Shown in pieces: positions 46,616 through 56,873 of a DNA stretch of 64,000 bases (positions are counted from its first letter, which is position 1; the number at the start of each line of letters is the position of its first letter). The notes under the pieces are model-generated. The model did not search any database. It worked only from the letters and a program-made list of their open reading frames with translations, and was not told where the DNA came from. The translations under genes were made by a program, and so were the position numbers. The stretch comes from an uncultured bacterium. Lineage in GTDB: Bacteria; Verrucomicrobiota; Verrucomicrobiia; Verrucomicrobiales; DEV007. The DNA is taken from the NCBI GenBank assembly GCA_963977015.1, contig CAXBMO010000004.1:192001-256000 (forward strand), written 5' to 3'.

Positions 46616-47191
46616 ATGAGTCGCCAATTGATTCTTGCTTCGGCCTCCCCCCGCCGGACCGACCTCATGAATGAGGCCGGGCTCACGTTTAAAGTGATTC
46701 CTGCTGATGTGGAAGAACTCGAGGATACGAGGCTCGGAATCGAGCCGCTGGTTAGTCAAAACGCGGCTCTCAAGGCACGAGCGGTTTCCAAACAACATCG
46801 CGAAGCAATCGTGATTGGGGCCGACACGCTCGTCGCGCTTGACGATCATCCCCTCGGCAAACCGAAGGATCTCGATCACGCGTTTGAAATGCTCAGTTCG
46901 TTGGCCGGCAGAACCCATGTCGTTTGCACCGGAGTTTGCCTAAGTTTGGGAGAATCGGGAACTGATGTTCAATTCATCGAACAAACCGAAGTGACGTTTC
47001 GAAATCTGGATGCAACCGCGATTCGAGAATACCTCGGCCTGATCAACCCTCTCGATAAGGCGGGTTCCTACGCGGCTCAAGATCACGGGGATCGCATCAT
47101 CGCCTCCACCAACGGGAGTTGGACCAACGTGGTGGGGTTACCGATGGAGCGGCTTCTTGCTGAATTGGAGAAGCTGCGTCTCTCCCATTAG
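46616..47191 (+). CDS. maf: Maf family nucleoside triphosphate pyrophosphatase
   Basis: ILASASPRR, GADTLV, GKP, DKAGSY and NVVGLP motifs. Confidence 0.94.
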   Translation: MSRQLILASASPRRTDLMNEAGLTFKVIPADVEELEDTRLGIEPLVSQNAALKARAVSKQHREAIVIGADTLVALDDHPLGKPKDLDHAFEMLSSLAGRTHVVCTGVCLSLGESGTDVQFIEQTEVTFRNLDATAIREYLGLINPLDKAGSYAAQDHGDRIIASTNGSWTNVVGLPMERLLAELEKLRLSH

Positions 47192-47374
47192 AGCGCGAAC
47201 ATAAGCAATTGGCGGAATCCCTCAATTGAAGGGTTGCGCCACAGCTGTGCGCTTCAATCTCTCAAACGGGCCCATCAGGCCCACATCGTAGCGATCCAAC
47301 GCAACATTTGAGAGTGATGCGCCAATCAACGCGCAGCGTGAATTCCAAAGTTCACTAGTTTCCCGCACAACATT

Positions 47375-47542
47375 ATGGAAGTTCTCTTGCTGACCATCTT
47401 TTTGAGCCTCGTTCTGGCCGCCGGATTCGTCGCCTGTTTTGTGAATGCCGCCCAACGGGTTGCCGAGCGAAGCATCGACCAACAGAGCCTCATGCCGCTC
47501 GATGAAACGGAATTCATCTCCGACCAGGAGGACCACTCATGA
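47375..47542 (+). CDS. ccoS: cbb3 oxidase maturation protein CcoS-like (55 aa)
   Basis: Hand translation MEVLLLTIFLSLVLAAGFVACF...SLMPLDE. The stop overlaps the ccoN ATG. Confidence 0.7.
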   Translation: MEVLLLTIFLSLVLAAGFVACFVNAAQRVAERSIDQQSLMPLDETEFISDQEDHS

Positions 47543-49923
47543 CCGACGGGGAGAAAATCACGATCGAGTACGATGACCGTACCGTGCGATGGTTCACGAT
47601 TGCGACCGTATTCTGGGGTGTCGTCGCGATGTTGGCCGGTGTCTACATCGCCTTTCAGCTCAATTTCTGGCAACTCAACCTCAAGCTTCCCTGGCTGACC
47701 TTCGGGCGCCTTCGCCCCCTCCATACCAATGCCGCGATTTTCGCGTTTGTCGGCAACATGATGTTTGCCGGCATCTACTATTCCACCCAGCGCCTTTGTA
47801 AAGCCAGGACCGCCTCCGACCTCCTCTCAAAGATCCATTTCTGGGGTTGGCAGGGCATCATCGTGGCTGCGGCCATCACGCTGCCCCTGGGCCTGACCCG
47901 CGGCAAGGAATACGCCGAATTGATCTGGCCCATCAACCTGGCCGTTGTCGTGATTTGGGTCGTCTTTGCCGTCAACTTTTTCTGGACGCTGGCCAAGCGC
48001 AATGAGCCCTCCCTCTATGTTGCCCTCTGGTTCTATATCGCAACGATCGTTACGGTCGCCATGCTTTACATTGTAAACCACCTATCGATCCCCACGAGCT
48101 TTACGCATAGCTACCCGGTTTTCGCCGGAGTTCAGGATGCCCTCGTCCAATGGTGGTATGGGCACAACGCGGTCGCCTTCTTCCTCACGACTCCCATCCT
48201 GGGAATCATGTATTACTTTATCCCGAAGGCTGCGGGACGCCCCGTCTACTCTTATCGACTTAGCGTGGTCCACTTTTGGTCACTCGTCTTCATCTACATC
48301 TGGGCGGGCCCTCACCACCTTCTCAACACAGCCCTCCCCCACTGGCTTCAGGCCTTGGGAATGTGCTTCAGCCTGATGCTGTGGGCTCCATCCTGGGGAG
48401 GAATGTTGAATGGACTTCTTACGCTTCGCGGGGCTTGGCACAAGCTTCTGGAAGACCCCGTTCTCAAGTTCATGGCCGCCTCCGTCACATTCTACGGAAT
48501 GGCGACGTTTGAAGGACCGCTTCTCGCCATTCGCGGCGTCAACTATCTGTCTCACTACTCTGATTGGACGATCGGACATGTTCACAGCGGAACGCTCGGC
48601 TGGAACGGTTTCATGGCGGCCGGAATGATCTACTGGCTCGTTCCTCGCCTCTGGGGCACCAAACTCTACTCCACCAAACTGGCGGACTATCACTTCTGGA
48701 TCGGCTTTATCGGCATTCTTCTCTACGTCGCCGCGATGTGGACGTCCGGAATTCGCCAGGGCCTGATGTTGAACGCGATCAACGAAGACGGGATGGGGCT
48801 GAAATATGCACAGTTTGTCGAAACCCTGACCGGTGTCTGGCCCCTGCTCCTCTTCCGCGCCATCGGCGGCACCTTCTACCTCACTGGCTTCATCCTGCTG
48901 GTCTACAATGTGTTCATGACGATTCGCGCCGGGAGTCCGGCAACCTCCAAGCAGGAAGTCGTCTCTTGGAATGCCCCTGATCCAAAGTCTCGTCCAAAGT
49001 TGATGGAATTCATCGAGGGAGACCCATTCGCCGCCACGATCGGGATCATCTTCTCCGCCTCCATCTGGATGTTGGGCGGCCATGTCGTCGAATGGATCGG
49101 TCTCGGTCTCACCATCTTCTTTTCGATCATCGCCGTCCGTAGATTCAAGAAAGACACCAAGTCCTGGGTCGAATGGTATGATCGTCTCAGCGAGAACTGG
49201 ATGCCTTTCACGGTCCTGGCCCTCATCGCGGTTGCGATTGGTGGCGCCATTCAAATCATCCCCACGGTAACGGTCAATCGCGCTCACAACATTGAGGATA
49301 GAATCCAGACCCTCTACACTCCCCTTGAGTTGGCGGGACGGGATATCTACGTCAGTGAAGGCTGCTACAATTGCCACTCCCAGATGATCCGCACGATCAT
49401 GCCCGACGTCATGCGATACGGTGACTATTCCCGACTGGGGGAATCGATTTTTGATCATCCCTTTCAGTGGGGATCCAAACGGACGGGGCCGGATCTCGCT
49501 CGGGAAGGAGGCCAGCGTTCCAACACCTGGCACTACAACCACCTGGTGAACCCCCAGATGCAGGAAAACTCCATCATGCCGCCCTATCCCTGGTTGCAGG
49601 ATCAAAAAGCAGACCTGAAGGCTCTTCCCAGAAAGATCGCGGTCATGAACAAACTGGGTGTTCCCTACCCACCAATGACGCAACACGAGATTCAGCAGCA
49701 CGCGATCGAACAAGGGATGCAGATTGCGGAATCCATGAAGATCGATGGCGTTCTCGTCGATCACGAAAGCAAGATGGTAGCCCTGATCGCCTACCTCCAG
49801 AAGCTGGGTCAATCCGAAGAACCGGGGGACAATCCCGCCGAAGCCGCCGCCGCTGAACTGACGGCTCAACTCGAAGCCGCCCGCGAGGCCAAAGCCAAAG
49901 TTACCACCACTCAGAAGCCTTAA
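47539..49923 (+). CDS. ccoNO: Fused cbb3-type cytochrome c oxidase subunit I/II
   Basis: GRLRPLHT, WWYGHNAV, GPHHL and IGHVH (CcoN). EGCYNCHSQMIR and WGSKRTGPDL (CcoO). Confidence 0.96.
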   Translation: MTDGEKITIEYDDRTVRWFTIATVFWGVVAMLAGVYIAFQLNFWQLNLKLPWLTFGRLRPLHTNAAIFAFVGNMMFAGIYYSTQRLCKARTASDLLSKIHFWGWQGIIVAAAITLPLGLTRGKEYAELIWPINLAVVVIWVVFAVNFFWTLAKRNEPSLYVALWFYIATIVTVAMLYIVNHLSIPTSFTHSYPVFAGVQDALVQWWYGHNAVAFFLTTPILGIMYYFIPKAAGRPVYSYRLSVVHFWSLVFIYIWAGPHHLLNTALPHWLQALGMCFSLMLWAPSWGGMLNGLLTLRGAWHKLLEDPVLKFMAASVTFYGMATFEGPLLAIRGVNYLSHYSDWTIGHVHSGTLGWNGFMAAGMIYWLVPRLWGTKLYSTKLADYHFWIGFIGILLYVAAMWTSGIRQGLMLNAINEDGMGLKYAQFVETLTGVWPLLLFRAIGGTFYLTGFILLVYNVFMTIRAGSPATSKQEVVSWNAPDPKSRPKLMEFIEGDPFAATIGIIFSASIWMLGGHVVEWIGLGLTIFFSIIAVRRFKKDTKSWVEWYDRLSENWMPFTVLALIAVAIGGAIQIIPTVTVNRAHNIEDRIQTLYTPLELAGRDIYVSEGCYNCHSQMIRTIMPDVMRYGDYSRLGESIFDHPFQWGSKRTGPDLAREGGQRSNTWHYNHLVNPQMQENSIMPPYPWLQDQKADLKALPRKIAVMNKLGVPYPPMTQHEIQQHAIEQGMQIAESMKIDGVLVDHESKMVALIAYLQKLGQSEEPGDNPAEAAAAELTAQLEAAREAKAKVTTTQKP

Positions 49924-49925
49924 CG

Positions 49926-50108
49926 ATGTTTCACCGAATCGACTACGAGCAATGGACCACCATGGTCCCATTCGCCGCCTTCTTCGTCACCTTTATTGTC
50001 TTTATCTACTTTGTGGTGCGGGCAATCAGACTCAAGAAGACGGAAGCTGAATACATGGCGCAACTCCCCCTTCAGGAGCAACCCGAAACCAACGATTCCA
50101 CCAAATGA
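49926..50108 (+). CDS. ccoQ: cbb3 oxidase subunit CcoQ-like
   Basis: Single TM, C-terminal MAQLPL, position between ccoO and ccoP. Confidence 0.8.
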   Translation: MFHRIDYEQWTTMVPFAAFFVTFIVFIYFVVRAIRLKKTEAEYMAQLPLQEQPETNDSTK

Positions 50109-51172
50109 GCACTGAGCCCAAGCAATCTACCGATGATGGTCCCGTTCTCAGGGAACACGTCTTCGACGGGATCGAGGAATATGACCAGAAGCTCCCAAAC
50201 TGGTGGCTGTTTACCCTCTGGATCACCGTCGTGTTCTTTGTCGTCTACTGGCTGGGATTCTATGGTTTCGACCTCCTGACGTCCGACCAGGACCGGCTCG
50301 ATCCAAAGATCGCCGCCCTCCGAACCAAAGAGAAGGAAGCGATGCTTGCCATGCTCGACGATGAGAATCTTTGGAAGATGAGTCGTCAAAAGGGGCCGAC
50401 CTCCGCCGTCCTCGCGGGAAAACAGATTTACAACCAGAACTGTCTCGCCTGCCATGGTCCGAATCTCGGTGGTTCGAGTGAAGGCCCCCAATATATTGGC
50501 CTGAATCTTACGGACCAGGAATGGAAGTACGGCGGCAAGCCTTCGTATGTTTACCAGACCGTGTTCAACGGATCCCCGGACCCAACGAAAGGGATGGTCG
50601 CGTGGGGGCCCCTTCTCGGCGCCGAAAAAGCAGCCCAGGTGGTTGCCTTTGTCCTGAGCAAGCAAAACACCATGCCAACGGCAGAACCGGCCGAAGCTCC
50701 TGCCACAAGCCCCACGTCCACCGGAGTTGGCACGGCCGAAGTCAAGGAATTGCCGAAGATCGAAGGAGAAGATCCGGAGGTTCAAAACCTGATGACTGTC
50801 GGGCAAACGACCTACAACACCTTCTGTATCGCCTGCCACGGCCCTGACGGAAAAGGGATCGTTGCCAACCTCGCGCCACCGCTGGCGGGCTCAAGTCTCG
50901 CCACCGGCCCCAGCGAGCGACTCGCCATGATCGTGCTGAACGGCATTCAGCCGGAAGGAAAGTTCACCGGCGTCATGGTGAGCTGGAAGGCCAGCCTCAG
51001 CGATGAGCAGATCGCCGGAGTGCTTACCTATGTTCGCAATCAATTCGGCAACAGTGCTTCGCCGGTCTTCACCGATCAGGTTGCGCATGCCCGCGAGAAA
51101 TACAAGGACACCAGCGCTCCTCACCGCCGGGCGGAACTTGAGTCCATTACTTCAGACCTGCCCCGAAACTAG
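50105..51172 (+). CDS. ccoP: cbb3 oxidase subunit III (diheme)
   Basis: HVFDGIEEYDQKLPNWW; heme motifs CLACH and CIACH. Confidence 0.92.
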   Translation: MSTEPKQSTDDGPVLREHVFDGIEEYDQKLPNWWLFTLWITVVFFVVYWLGFYGFDLLTSDQDRLDPKIAALRTKEKEAMLAMLDDENLWKMSRQKGPTSAVLAGKQIYNQNCLACHGPNLGGSSEGPQYIGLNLTDQEWKYGGKPSYVYQTVFNGSPDPTKGMVAWGPLLGAEKAAQVVAFVLSKQNTMPTAEPAEAPATSPTSTGVGTAEVKELPKIEGEDPEVQNLMTVGQTTYNTFCIACHGPDGKGIVANLAPPLAGSSLATGPSERLAMIVLNGIQPEGKFTGVMVSWKASLSDEQIAGVLTYVRNQFGNSASPVFTDQVAHAREKYKDTSAPHRRAELESITSDLPRN

Positions 51173-51183
51173 GAACCAACCCG

Positions 51184-52590
51184 ATGCCTTCTGTTCTCAA
51201 AAAACCGAATCTGGATTCGGTTACCACGATCAACGAGGATGGAAGTCGTTACTATCTGCATCCGGCTGACGTTCGCGGCAAGTTCACCTTTCTGCGATCG
51301 ATTACCGCGTGGATCCTCCTGGCGGTCTATGTCCTTCTTCCCTGGATTCCCATCAACGGACATCCCGCGGTGTTTCTGGATGTCGCCCACCGCCGGTTCC
51401 ATATTCTTGGCCTCACCTTTGCCCCCCAGGATACCTGGCTCCTCTTTTTTGTGATAACAGGGCTCGCCTTCTCCCTCTTCTATATCACTTCACTGTTTGG
51501 CAGGCTCTGGTGTGGGTGGACATGTCCTTACACCGTCTTTCTGGAGCACCTCTACCGCAAGGTCGAGCGATTGATCGAAGGCGATGCACCGAAACGGAAG
51601 AAACTCGACGCAGCGCCATGGACCCTCAACAAGATCTCGCGGCGGGGCCTCAAACACGGCGCATTCGTCATCATCTCCCTCGTCATCGCGCACGTCTTCC
51701 TCTCCTACTTTGTCTCCATTCCCGGGTTGTGGGCGATGATGGGAAACAGTCCGCTCGATAACCTGAAGTCGTTTGGCGTGATTCTCTTCTTCACCGGTGC
51801 GCTCTATTTCAGCTTCGGCTGGTTTCGGGAACAATTCTGCATCATCCTCTGCCCTTACGGCCGGTTCCAATCTGCGATGACCGATCCCAACACGGTCGTA
51901 ATTGGCTATGATGCGGAACGGGGAGAACCACGGGGAAAAGCGAACGATCCAAAGGCCGGAGATTGCGTCGACTGCAATCGTTGCGTTCAGGTTTGCCCGA
52001 CAGGAATTGACATTCGCAACGGACTCCAGATCGAATGCATTGGCTGCGCCGCCTGTGTTGATGCCTGCAATGAGATCATGACCAAGCTCGACCGTCCCAA
52101 GGGGCTGGTTCGCTATGATTCTCAGAAGGGTCTGGAAGGAAAGAAGACGCAATGGATTCGCCCTCGAACCCTGATCTATTCCGGCTTCCTCGCTCTCGGC
52201 CTCACCGTGATGAGCATCAGCGTCAACCAAATCACACCACTCAAAGCGGGGATTCTGAGAATGCAGGGATCGCCCTATTATATGACGGAGACTTCGCTCC
52301 GGAACCACTTCCAACTGCGGGTGATCAACAAGACCATGCAACCCAGCCGTTTCCGAATTGAACTTTCGAATGCGCCTGCGGCCCTCCACCTTACCGGAGC
52401 AGATGGGATTCATGAGCTTGCAGCCATGGACGAACAACTCTTCACCACCCTCGTTGAGCTTCCCAAGAAGGATTTCGACGGCACGTTCGAATTCGACCTG
52501 GTGGTCACTTCGGAGGAAGATGGCTCAACCCTCGCTACCGCGAGCGGCGAGTTCATTGGCCCTAACCCACAACTTTTGAAAGAACAATAG
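51184..52590 (+). CDS. ccoG: cbb3 oxidase accessory protein CcoG/FixG
   Basis: WCGWTCP, CIILCPYGR, CVDCNRCVQVCP and CIGCAACVDAC motifs. Confidence 0.95.
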   Translation: MPSVLKKPNLDSVTTINEDGSRYYLHPADVRGKFTFLRSITAWILLAVYVLLPWIPINGHPAVFLDVAHRRFHILGLTFAPQDTWLLFFVITGLAFSLFYITSLFGRLWCGWTCPYTVFLEHLYRKVERLIEGDAPKRKKLDAAPWTLNKISRRGLKHGAFVIISLVIAHVFLSYFVSIPGLWAMMGNSPLDNLKSFGVILFFTGALYFSFGWFREQFCIILCPYGRFQSAMTDPNTVVIGYDAERGEPRGKANDPKAGDCVDCNRCVQVCPTGIDIRNGLQIECIGCAACVDACNEIMTKLDRPKGLVRYDSQKGLEGKKTQWIRPRTLIYSGFLALGLTVMSISVNQITPLKAGILRMQGSPYYMTETSLRNHFQLRVINKTMQPSRFRIELSNAPAALHLTGADGIHELAAMDEQLFTTLVELPKKDFDGTFEFDLVVTSEEDGSTLATASGEFIGPNPQLLKEQ

Positions 52591-52595
52591 ACTCC

Positions 52596-52745
52596 ATGAA
52601 ACGCTGGTTTAAGAATCGCCCCTGGATCTGGATTGTCCTCTTTTTCATCACCTTCATGGTGGCGTGGACTTGGTTCATTGTCATCGCGGTGAAGAACAGT
52701 CCGCAAACGGTTCCGATGGAGTCTGCACAACTCGCCCATCCATGA
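52596..52745 (+). CDS. Small TM protein in the CcoH/FixH position (49 aa)
   Basis: Hand translation MKRWFKNRPWIWIVLFFITFMVAWTWFIVIAVKNSPQTVPMESAQLAHP*. The stop overlaps the next ATG. Confidence 0.65.
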   Translation: MKRWFKNRPWIWIVLFFITFMVAWTWFIVIAVKNSPQTVPMESAQLAHP

Positions 52746-53407
52746 TCCCTGAAACCACCATCACCACGTTGGGAGCATTTGTCGCGGGATTGGCGACCAG
52801 CATCCATTGCCTGGGGATGTGTGGGCCGCTTGCCTGCCTGGCCTGTCAATCCAAAGGAAGCTGTTCAACCACTCCCCTGGCATCGGCCTATCACGGAAGC
52901 CGGTTGGGCGCCTACTCCGTTGTCGGAGCCATGGCCGGCGGAATTGGAGGAGTGCTGCTGGAAGTCATCCCTCCAGCGGTAACCAACGTGCTCCCCTGGG
53001 TTGCCGGGGCATTCCTCATCGCGTGGGCGGTTGGCTGGAGCTTCAATTGGTTTCCGAACTTTGCGCGCCTTCCCTTTGGCAAGCTCACGAAGAACGCCCC
53101 CACCCTGCTGGGACTTGCCACGCCGTTGATTCCCTGCGCGCCTCTCTATCTGATTTTCGGCCTCGCGGCGCTTTCCGGTTCAGCAGTTCGCGGTGCCGGC
53201 ATCACCCTCGCCTTTGGCCTGGGCACTGTTCCCCTGCTTTGGTTGGCGCAGCATCAACTCGCCAACTTTCGCGCCAGATTCGGTCAGCGAGGCGTCCTCA
53301 TCTTGCAGCGAATTCTCGTCTTCTCCGCGTCCGCCCTGGTGCTTTGGCGCCTTGGCGCAACCGCCATTGCCGGGCAACCGACCTGCTGCGACCAGATCTC
53401 CCCATGA
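52742..53407 (+). CDS. Sulfite exporter TauE/SafE / DsbD_2 family protein (cbb3 assembly)
   Basis: SIHCLGMCGP, YHGSR, LIPC and FGLGTVP motifs. ATG at 52742. Confidence 0.88.
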   Translation: MIPETTITTLGAFVAGLATSIHCLGMCGPLACLACQSKGSCSTTPLASAYHGSRLGAYSVVGAMAGGIGGVLLEVIPPAVTNVLPWVAGAFLIAWAVGWSFNWFPNFARLPFGKLTKNAPTLLGLATPLIPCAPLYLIFGLAALSGSAVRGAGITLAFGLGTVPLLWLAQHQLANFRARFGQRGVLILQRILVFSASALVLWRLGATAIAGQPTCCDQISP

Positions 53408-55767
53408 GTTCAGCCGCGATCGCCTGCCGCCACTGTGGAACGTTTTTTTCTCCTCAACAGCCGTCCGAGGAGTTCTGCTGCAACGGCTGTCGCTTTGTCT
53501 ATGATTGGATCAACAAGGAGGACCTGGGAAAGTTCTATGAACTGAAAGGGAAGCGGATCACGGACGCGATCGGCAACTCCGTGTTCGAGCCGACCGATTG
53601 GGATTGGGTTGATCGGTGGCTTTCGGACGCCGAACAGGACTATGCCGGAGAAACCGCAACTGCGGAGATTCATCTTCAGGGCATCTCCTGTCTTGCCTGC
53701 GCCTGGTTGATCGAAAAACGCTTTGCGGAACAATCCGGAAGCCTTCGCATCAACCTTCAGACCGACCGCGGAATTGCCCACCTCAGTTGGCGGACCGGAG
53801 CTTTTGACGCGAAAGAGTGCTTTCAAGATTGGGCTCGATTTGGCTACCGCGCCTCCGAAGCGGCGTTCCAGGGGGAATCCAACTCTCGATCCGACCAAGG
53901 CTTTTTGACGCGACTGGGCGTCTGTGGTGCGTTCGCCCTCAACACGATGGCCTTTACCCTGCCTTCCTATTTTGGGTTGGAAGCCGACACGGAACTCGGC
54001 TCGTTGTTTCGGTTGATTGCTTTCGTGTCAGCCACCTTTGCGGTTCTCACCGGTGGAGGGTATTTTTTCCGCCAGGCATGGAACAGCCTTCGCAGCAAAA
54101 TTCTGCATATCGACCTTCCCATTGCCCTGGGAATCCTTGTTGCCTATATCAGCTCGATCTTCAGTTGGTTGCTCGATATGGAGGAGCTCTTCTATATTGA
54201 TTTTGTCGCGATCTTCGTCTTTCTGATGCTGCTCGGACGCTGGGTCCAACAACGCGCATTGGCTCAGTGCCAACGGCGCCTTCCCGGCAACATTCAGACC
54301 CTCCGGGTATTGAAGCAGTCTCCGGAGGGCGAGATGATTGAGGCGCCTTCCAGTTCGATTGAACGGGATGAGGTCCTTCAGATTCGGCCGGGAAACATCC
54401 TGCCGGTGAGCTCATTTGTTCAGGATGATTCCGTCAGTGTCAGCCTGGAATGGATCAACGGGGAATTGGAACCCATCACCTTTGACAAGGGCCAGGAAGT
54501 TCCGGCAGGAGGACGCCTGGTGAGTCGCTCCCCCGCCCTTTTCCGCACGGCCGGTTCATTTGAGGAAGGTCTGCTTGGCAGACTGCTGGAGCAAAGTGGT
54601 AACCAGGATCGTGATCCGCTTCTGGAGCGAGTCCTCAAATTCTACCTGGGCACGGTTCTTCTCCTCGCGATCGGAGGGTTCGTGACTTGGACCGTCCTTG
54701 GCAGCGTCTCGACCGCGCTCCAGGTTTTTGTCTCCATCCTCGTCGTCTCCTGCCCTTGCGCTCTGGGCGTGGCCATCCCGCTCCTCAATTCCTGGACCAC
54801 GCGGCGCCTGGAGCGATTCGGCATTTTTGTGCGCAACTCCAATCTTTGGCCGCGGCTGCTCAAGGTCCGGCAACTCGCGTTTGATAAGACCGGGACCCTG
54901 ACCTTGCCCAGTCCGCGACTGGTCAATCCGCAGGCCATTGCATCTCTGGATGACCAGGAACGGCAGATTCTGGCGCAATTGGTGGAAAACAACCGCCATC
55001 CCTTTGCCCGCGGTCTGCACGAGGTTCTCCAAACCCATACTCCCGACAATCAGAGCCAGGTTACTGAGGAACCCGGCAAGGGTGTCACGTTTTTGGATCC
55101 GAACCACCAAGTCTGGAGCCTGGGGAAAAACGGCTGGAAGGGAACGGGCGAAACGGGCCATCAGTTGGTCTTCAGCCGGGCAGAGACACCGATCGCCTCC
55201 TTTCAATTCGAGGAAGCGATTCGTCCGGACGCAATTCGTGAGATTCAAGCTCTGGCCCGCCAGTTCTCCAGCTTCGCGATTCTGAGCGGCGACAAGCAAC
55301 CTCAAGTCGCGAAAATTTCGGACAAGATCGGACTCGCAAATGCGATGGTGTTAGGGGAGCAGAGCCCTGAGCAGAAAGCGGATTGGTTGCGCGAGCATGA
55401 CGGGGAACAAACCCTCTTTCTCGGGGACGGGGCCAACGACAGCCTCGCCTTTGATGCGGCACTTTGTAGCGGAATGCCCGCTCGAGACCAGAGCGTTCTG
55501 GAAGCCAAGGCGGACTTCTGTTTCCTGGGGCAGGGACTTCGCGTGTTGCGGGAACTCTTCGCCGCGGCACGCCATCGACAGCGCATCATGCATCAAATTT
55601 TTGCCTTTGCCATCACCTACAATGTGGCTGCGGTCACCCTTTGCCTGGCAGGGCTCATGAACCCACTTTGGGCCGCCATTCTGATGCCGCTGTCTTCGCT
55701 GGCAACCATCGCCCTGGCCGCATCTTCCAATCGGGGCCAAGATGTGCGCACCATCAACCAAACCTAG
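53404..55767 (+). CDS. ccoI: Heavy-metal (Cu) P1B-type ATPase CcoI/FixI
   Basis: N-terminal CRHCG...FCCNGC, then ISCLAC, SCPCAL, DKTGT, HP, GDGAND and YN motifs. The true start is ATG 53404, not 52807. Confidence 0.9.
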   Translation: MSSAAIACRHCGTFFSPQQPSEEFCCNGCRFVYDWINKEDLGKFYELKGKRITDAIGNSVFEPTDWDWVDRWLSDAEQDYAGETATAEIHLQGISCLACAWLIEKRFAEQSGSLRINLQTDRGIAHLSWRTGAFDAKECFQDWARFGYRASEAAFQGESNSRSDQGFLTRLGVCGAFALNTMAFTLPSYFGLEADTELGSLFRLIAFVSATFAVLTGGGYFFRQAWNSLRSKILHIDLPIALGILVAYISSIFSWLLDMEELFYIDFVAIFVFLMLLGRWVQQRALAQCQRRLPGNIQTLRVLKQSPEGEMIEAPSSSIERDEVLQIRPGNILPVSSFVQDDSVSVSLEWINGELEPITFDKGQEVPAGGRLVSRSPALFRTAGSFEEGLLGRLLEQSGNQDRDPLLERVLKFYLGTVLLLAIGGFVTWTVLGSVSTALQVFVSILVVSCPCALGVAIPLLNSWTTRRLERFGIFVRNSNLWPRLLKVRQLAFDKTGTLTLPSPRLVNPQAIASLDDQERQILAQLVENNRHPFARGLHEVLQTHTPDNQSQVTEEPGKGVTFLDPNHQVWSLGKNGWKGTGETGHQLVFSRAETPIASFQFEEAIRPDAIREIQALARQFSSFAILSGDKQPQVAKISDKIGLANAMVLGEQSPEQKADWLREHDGEQTLFLGDGANDSLAFDAALCSGMPARDQSVLEAKADFCFLGQGLRVLRELFAAARHRQRIMHQIFAFAITYNVAAVTLCLAGLMNPLWAAILMPLSSLATIALAASSNRGQDVRTINQT

Positions 55768-55809
55768 CATGGCGTGGGCGGTTCTCCTGTTCGACGATAC
55801 CCTTACCCT

Positions 55810-56868
55810 ATGAACGCTCACGAAATCCACTGCCAATACTATTCTCAGGAAGACTTGCTCGCCTCGGGATGCCTCGATCTCAATATGGCGATGGACGCCG
55901 CGGAGGAGGCCATGAAACTGTATGAATCCGGGGATGTTCTGTTTCCGGAAAAGATCGTCCAGATTTTTAACGACGACACCCAAGAGCGCATCAACTGCCT
56001 CCCCGCGACCTTTCGCTCCAAGAACGTTTGCGGCGTGAAGTGGGTTTCCGTCTTCCCTCCCAACCCGGTAAAACACGGCATCCAAAACCTCTCCGCCGTG
56101 ATCATCCTCTCCGAAATCGAGCACGGCTTTCCGATCGCCTTCATGGAGGGAACGCTCTGTTCAAACATGCGAGTCGGAGCGATGGGCGGACTGGCCGCCC
56201 GGCATCTGGCCCGCCCGGATTCTGAAACGATCGGGTTTATCGGCGCGGGCGAGCAGGCAAAGATGCATTTAATCGCGATGAAGACCGCGTTTCCGGGATT
56301 GAAGTCCTGCCGGGTCGGAGCGAAAACTCCCGACGAAGAGCAGCAATTCGTTGAGGAAATGGGGCCGATCTTTGAAGACATGGAAATCAGCGGGGCGATG
56401 ACCAAACTGGAGGACGCGGTTTCTGATGCCGACATTATTGTAACGGCCACCAGTGCCCAGGCGCCACTCCTGAAGGCCAAATGGATGAAGCCTGGTGCCT
56501 TTTACAGTCACGTTGGAGGCTGGGAGGATGAATACGAGGTCGCCAAGCAATGCGACAAGATCGTTTGTGATGATTGGGAGACCGTGAAACACCGAACCCA
56601 GACGCTCAGCCGGATGTACAAGGATGGCCAACTATCGGATGATGACATTCATTGCAATTTGATCGACATCCTCACCGGCAAGAAGCCGGGACGGGAGAGC
56701 GACGAAGAACGAACCTACTTCAACGCCGTTGGACTGGCTTTTGCCGATGTGGGAATTGCCAACGCCATGTATGAGCGCGCCCTCGAAGTCGGCATGGGTC
56801 AGGATCTGAAGATTCAGAAGAAAATGATCTTCGAGCACCCCGAGCTCAAGGACTGGGTAAAGCTCTAG
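55810..56868 (+). CDS. Ornithine cyclodeaminase / mu-crystallin family protein
   Basis: GVKWVS..P.N, GFIGAGEQA, DIIVTATS, GR....ERT.F and GLA..D motifs. ATG at 55810. Confidence 0.88.
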   Translation: MNAHEIHCQYYSQEDLLASGCLDLNMAMDAAEEAMKLYESGDVLFPEKIVQIFNDDTQERINCLPATFRSKNVCGVKWVSVFPPNPVKHGIQNLSAVIILSEIEHGFPIAFMEGTLCSNMRVGAMGGLAARHLARPDSETIGFIGAGEQAKMHLIAMKTAFPGLKSCRVGAKTPDEEQQFVEEMGPIFEDMEISGAMTKLEDAVSDADIIVTATSAQAPLLKAKWMKPGAFYSHVGGWEDEYEVAKQCDKIVCDDWETVKHRTQTLSRMYKDGQLSDDDIHCNLIDILTGKKPGRESDEERTYFNAVGLAFADVGIANAMYERALEVGMGQDLKIQKKMIFEHPELKDWVKL

Positions 56869-56873
56869 ATAGA

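Noticed and set aside
47225-47330. FNR or RegA box upstream of the cbb3 operon
   Set aside because: gtgatgcgccaatcaa has the wrong spacing for TTGAT-N4-ATCAA. The palindrome around cacagctgtg is real but I cannot assign it to a regulator.
52807-53403. N-terminal extension of the 986-aa ATPase ORF
   Set aside because: It overlaps the TauE/DsbD_2 gene in another frame. CcoI motifs begin at ATG 53404.
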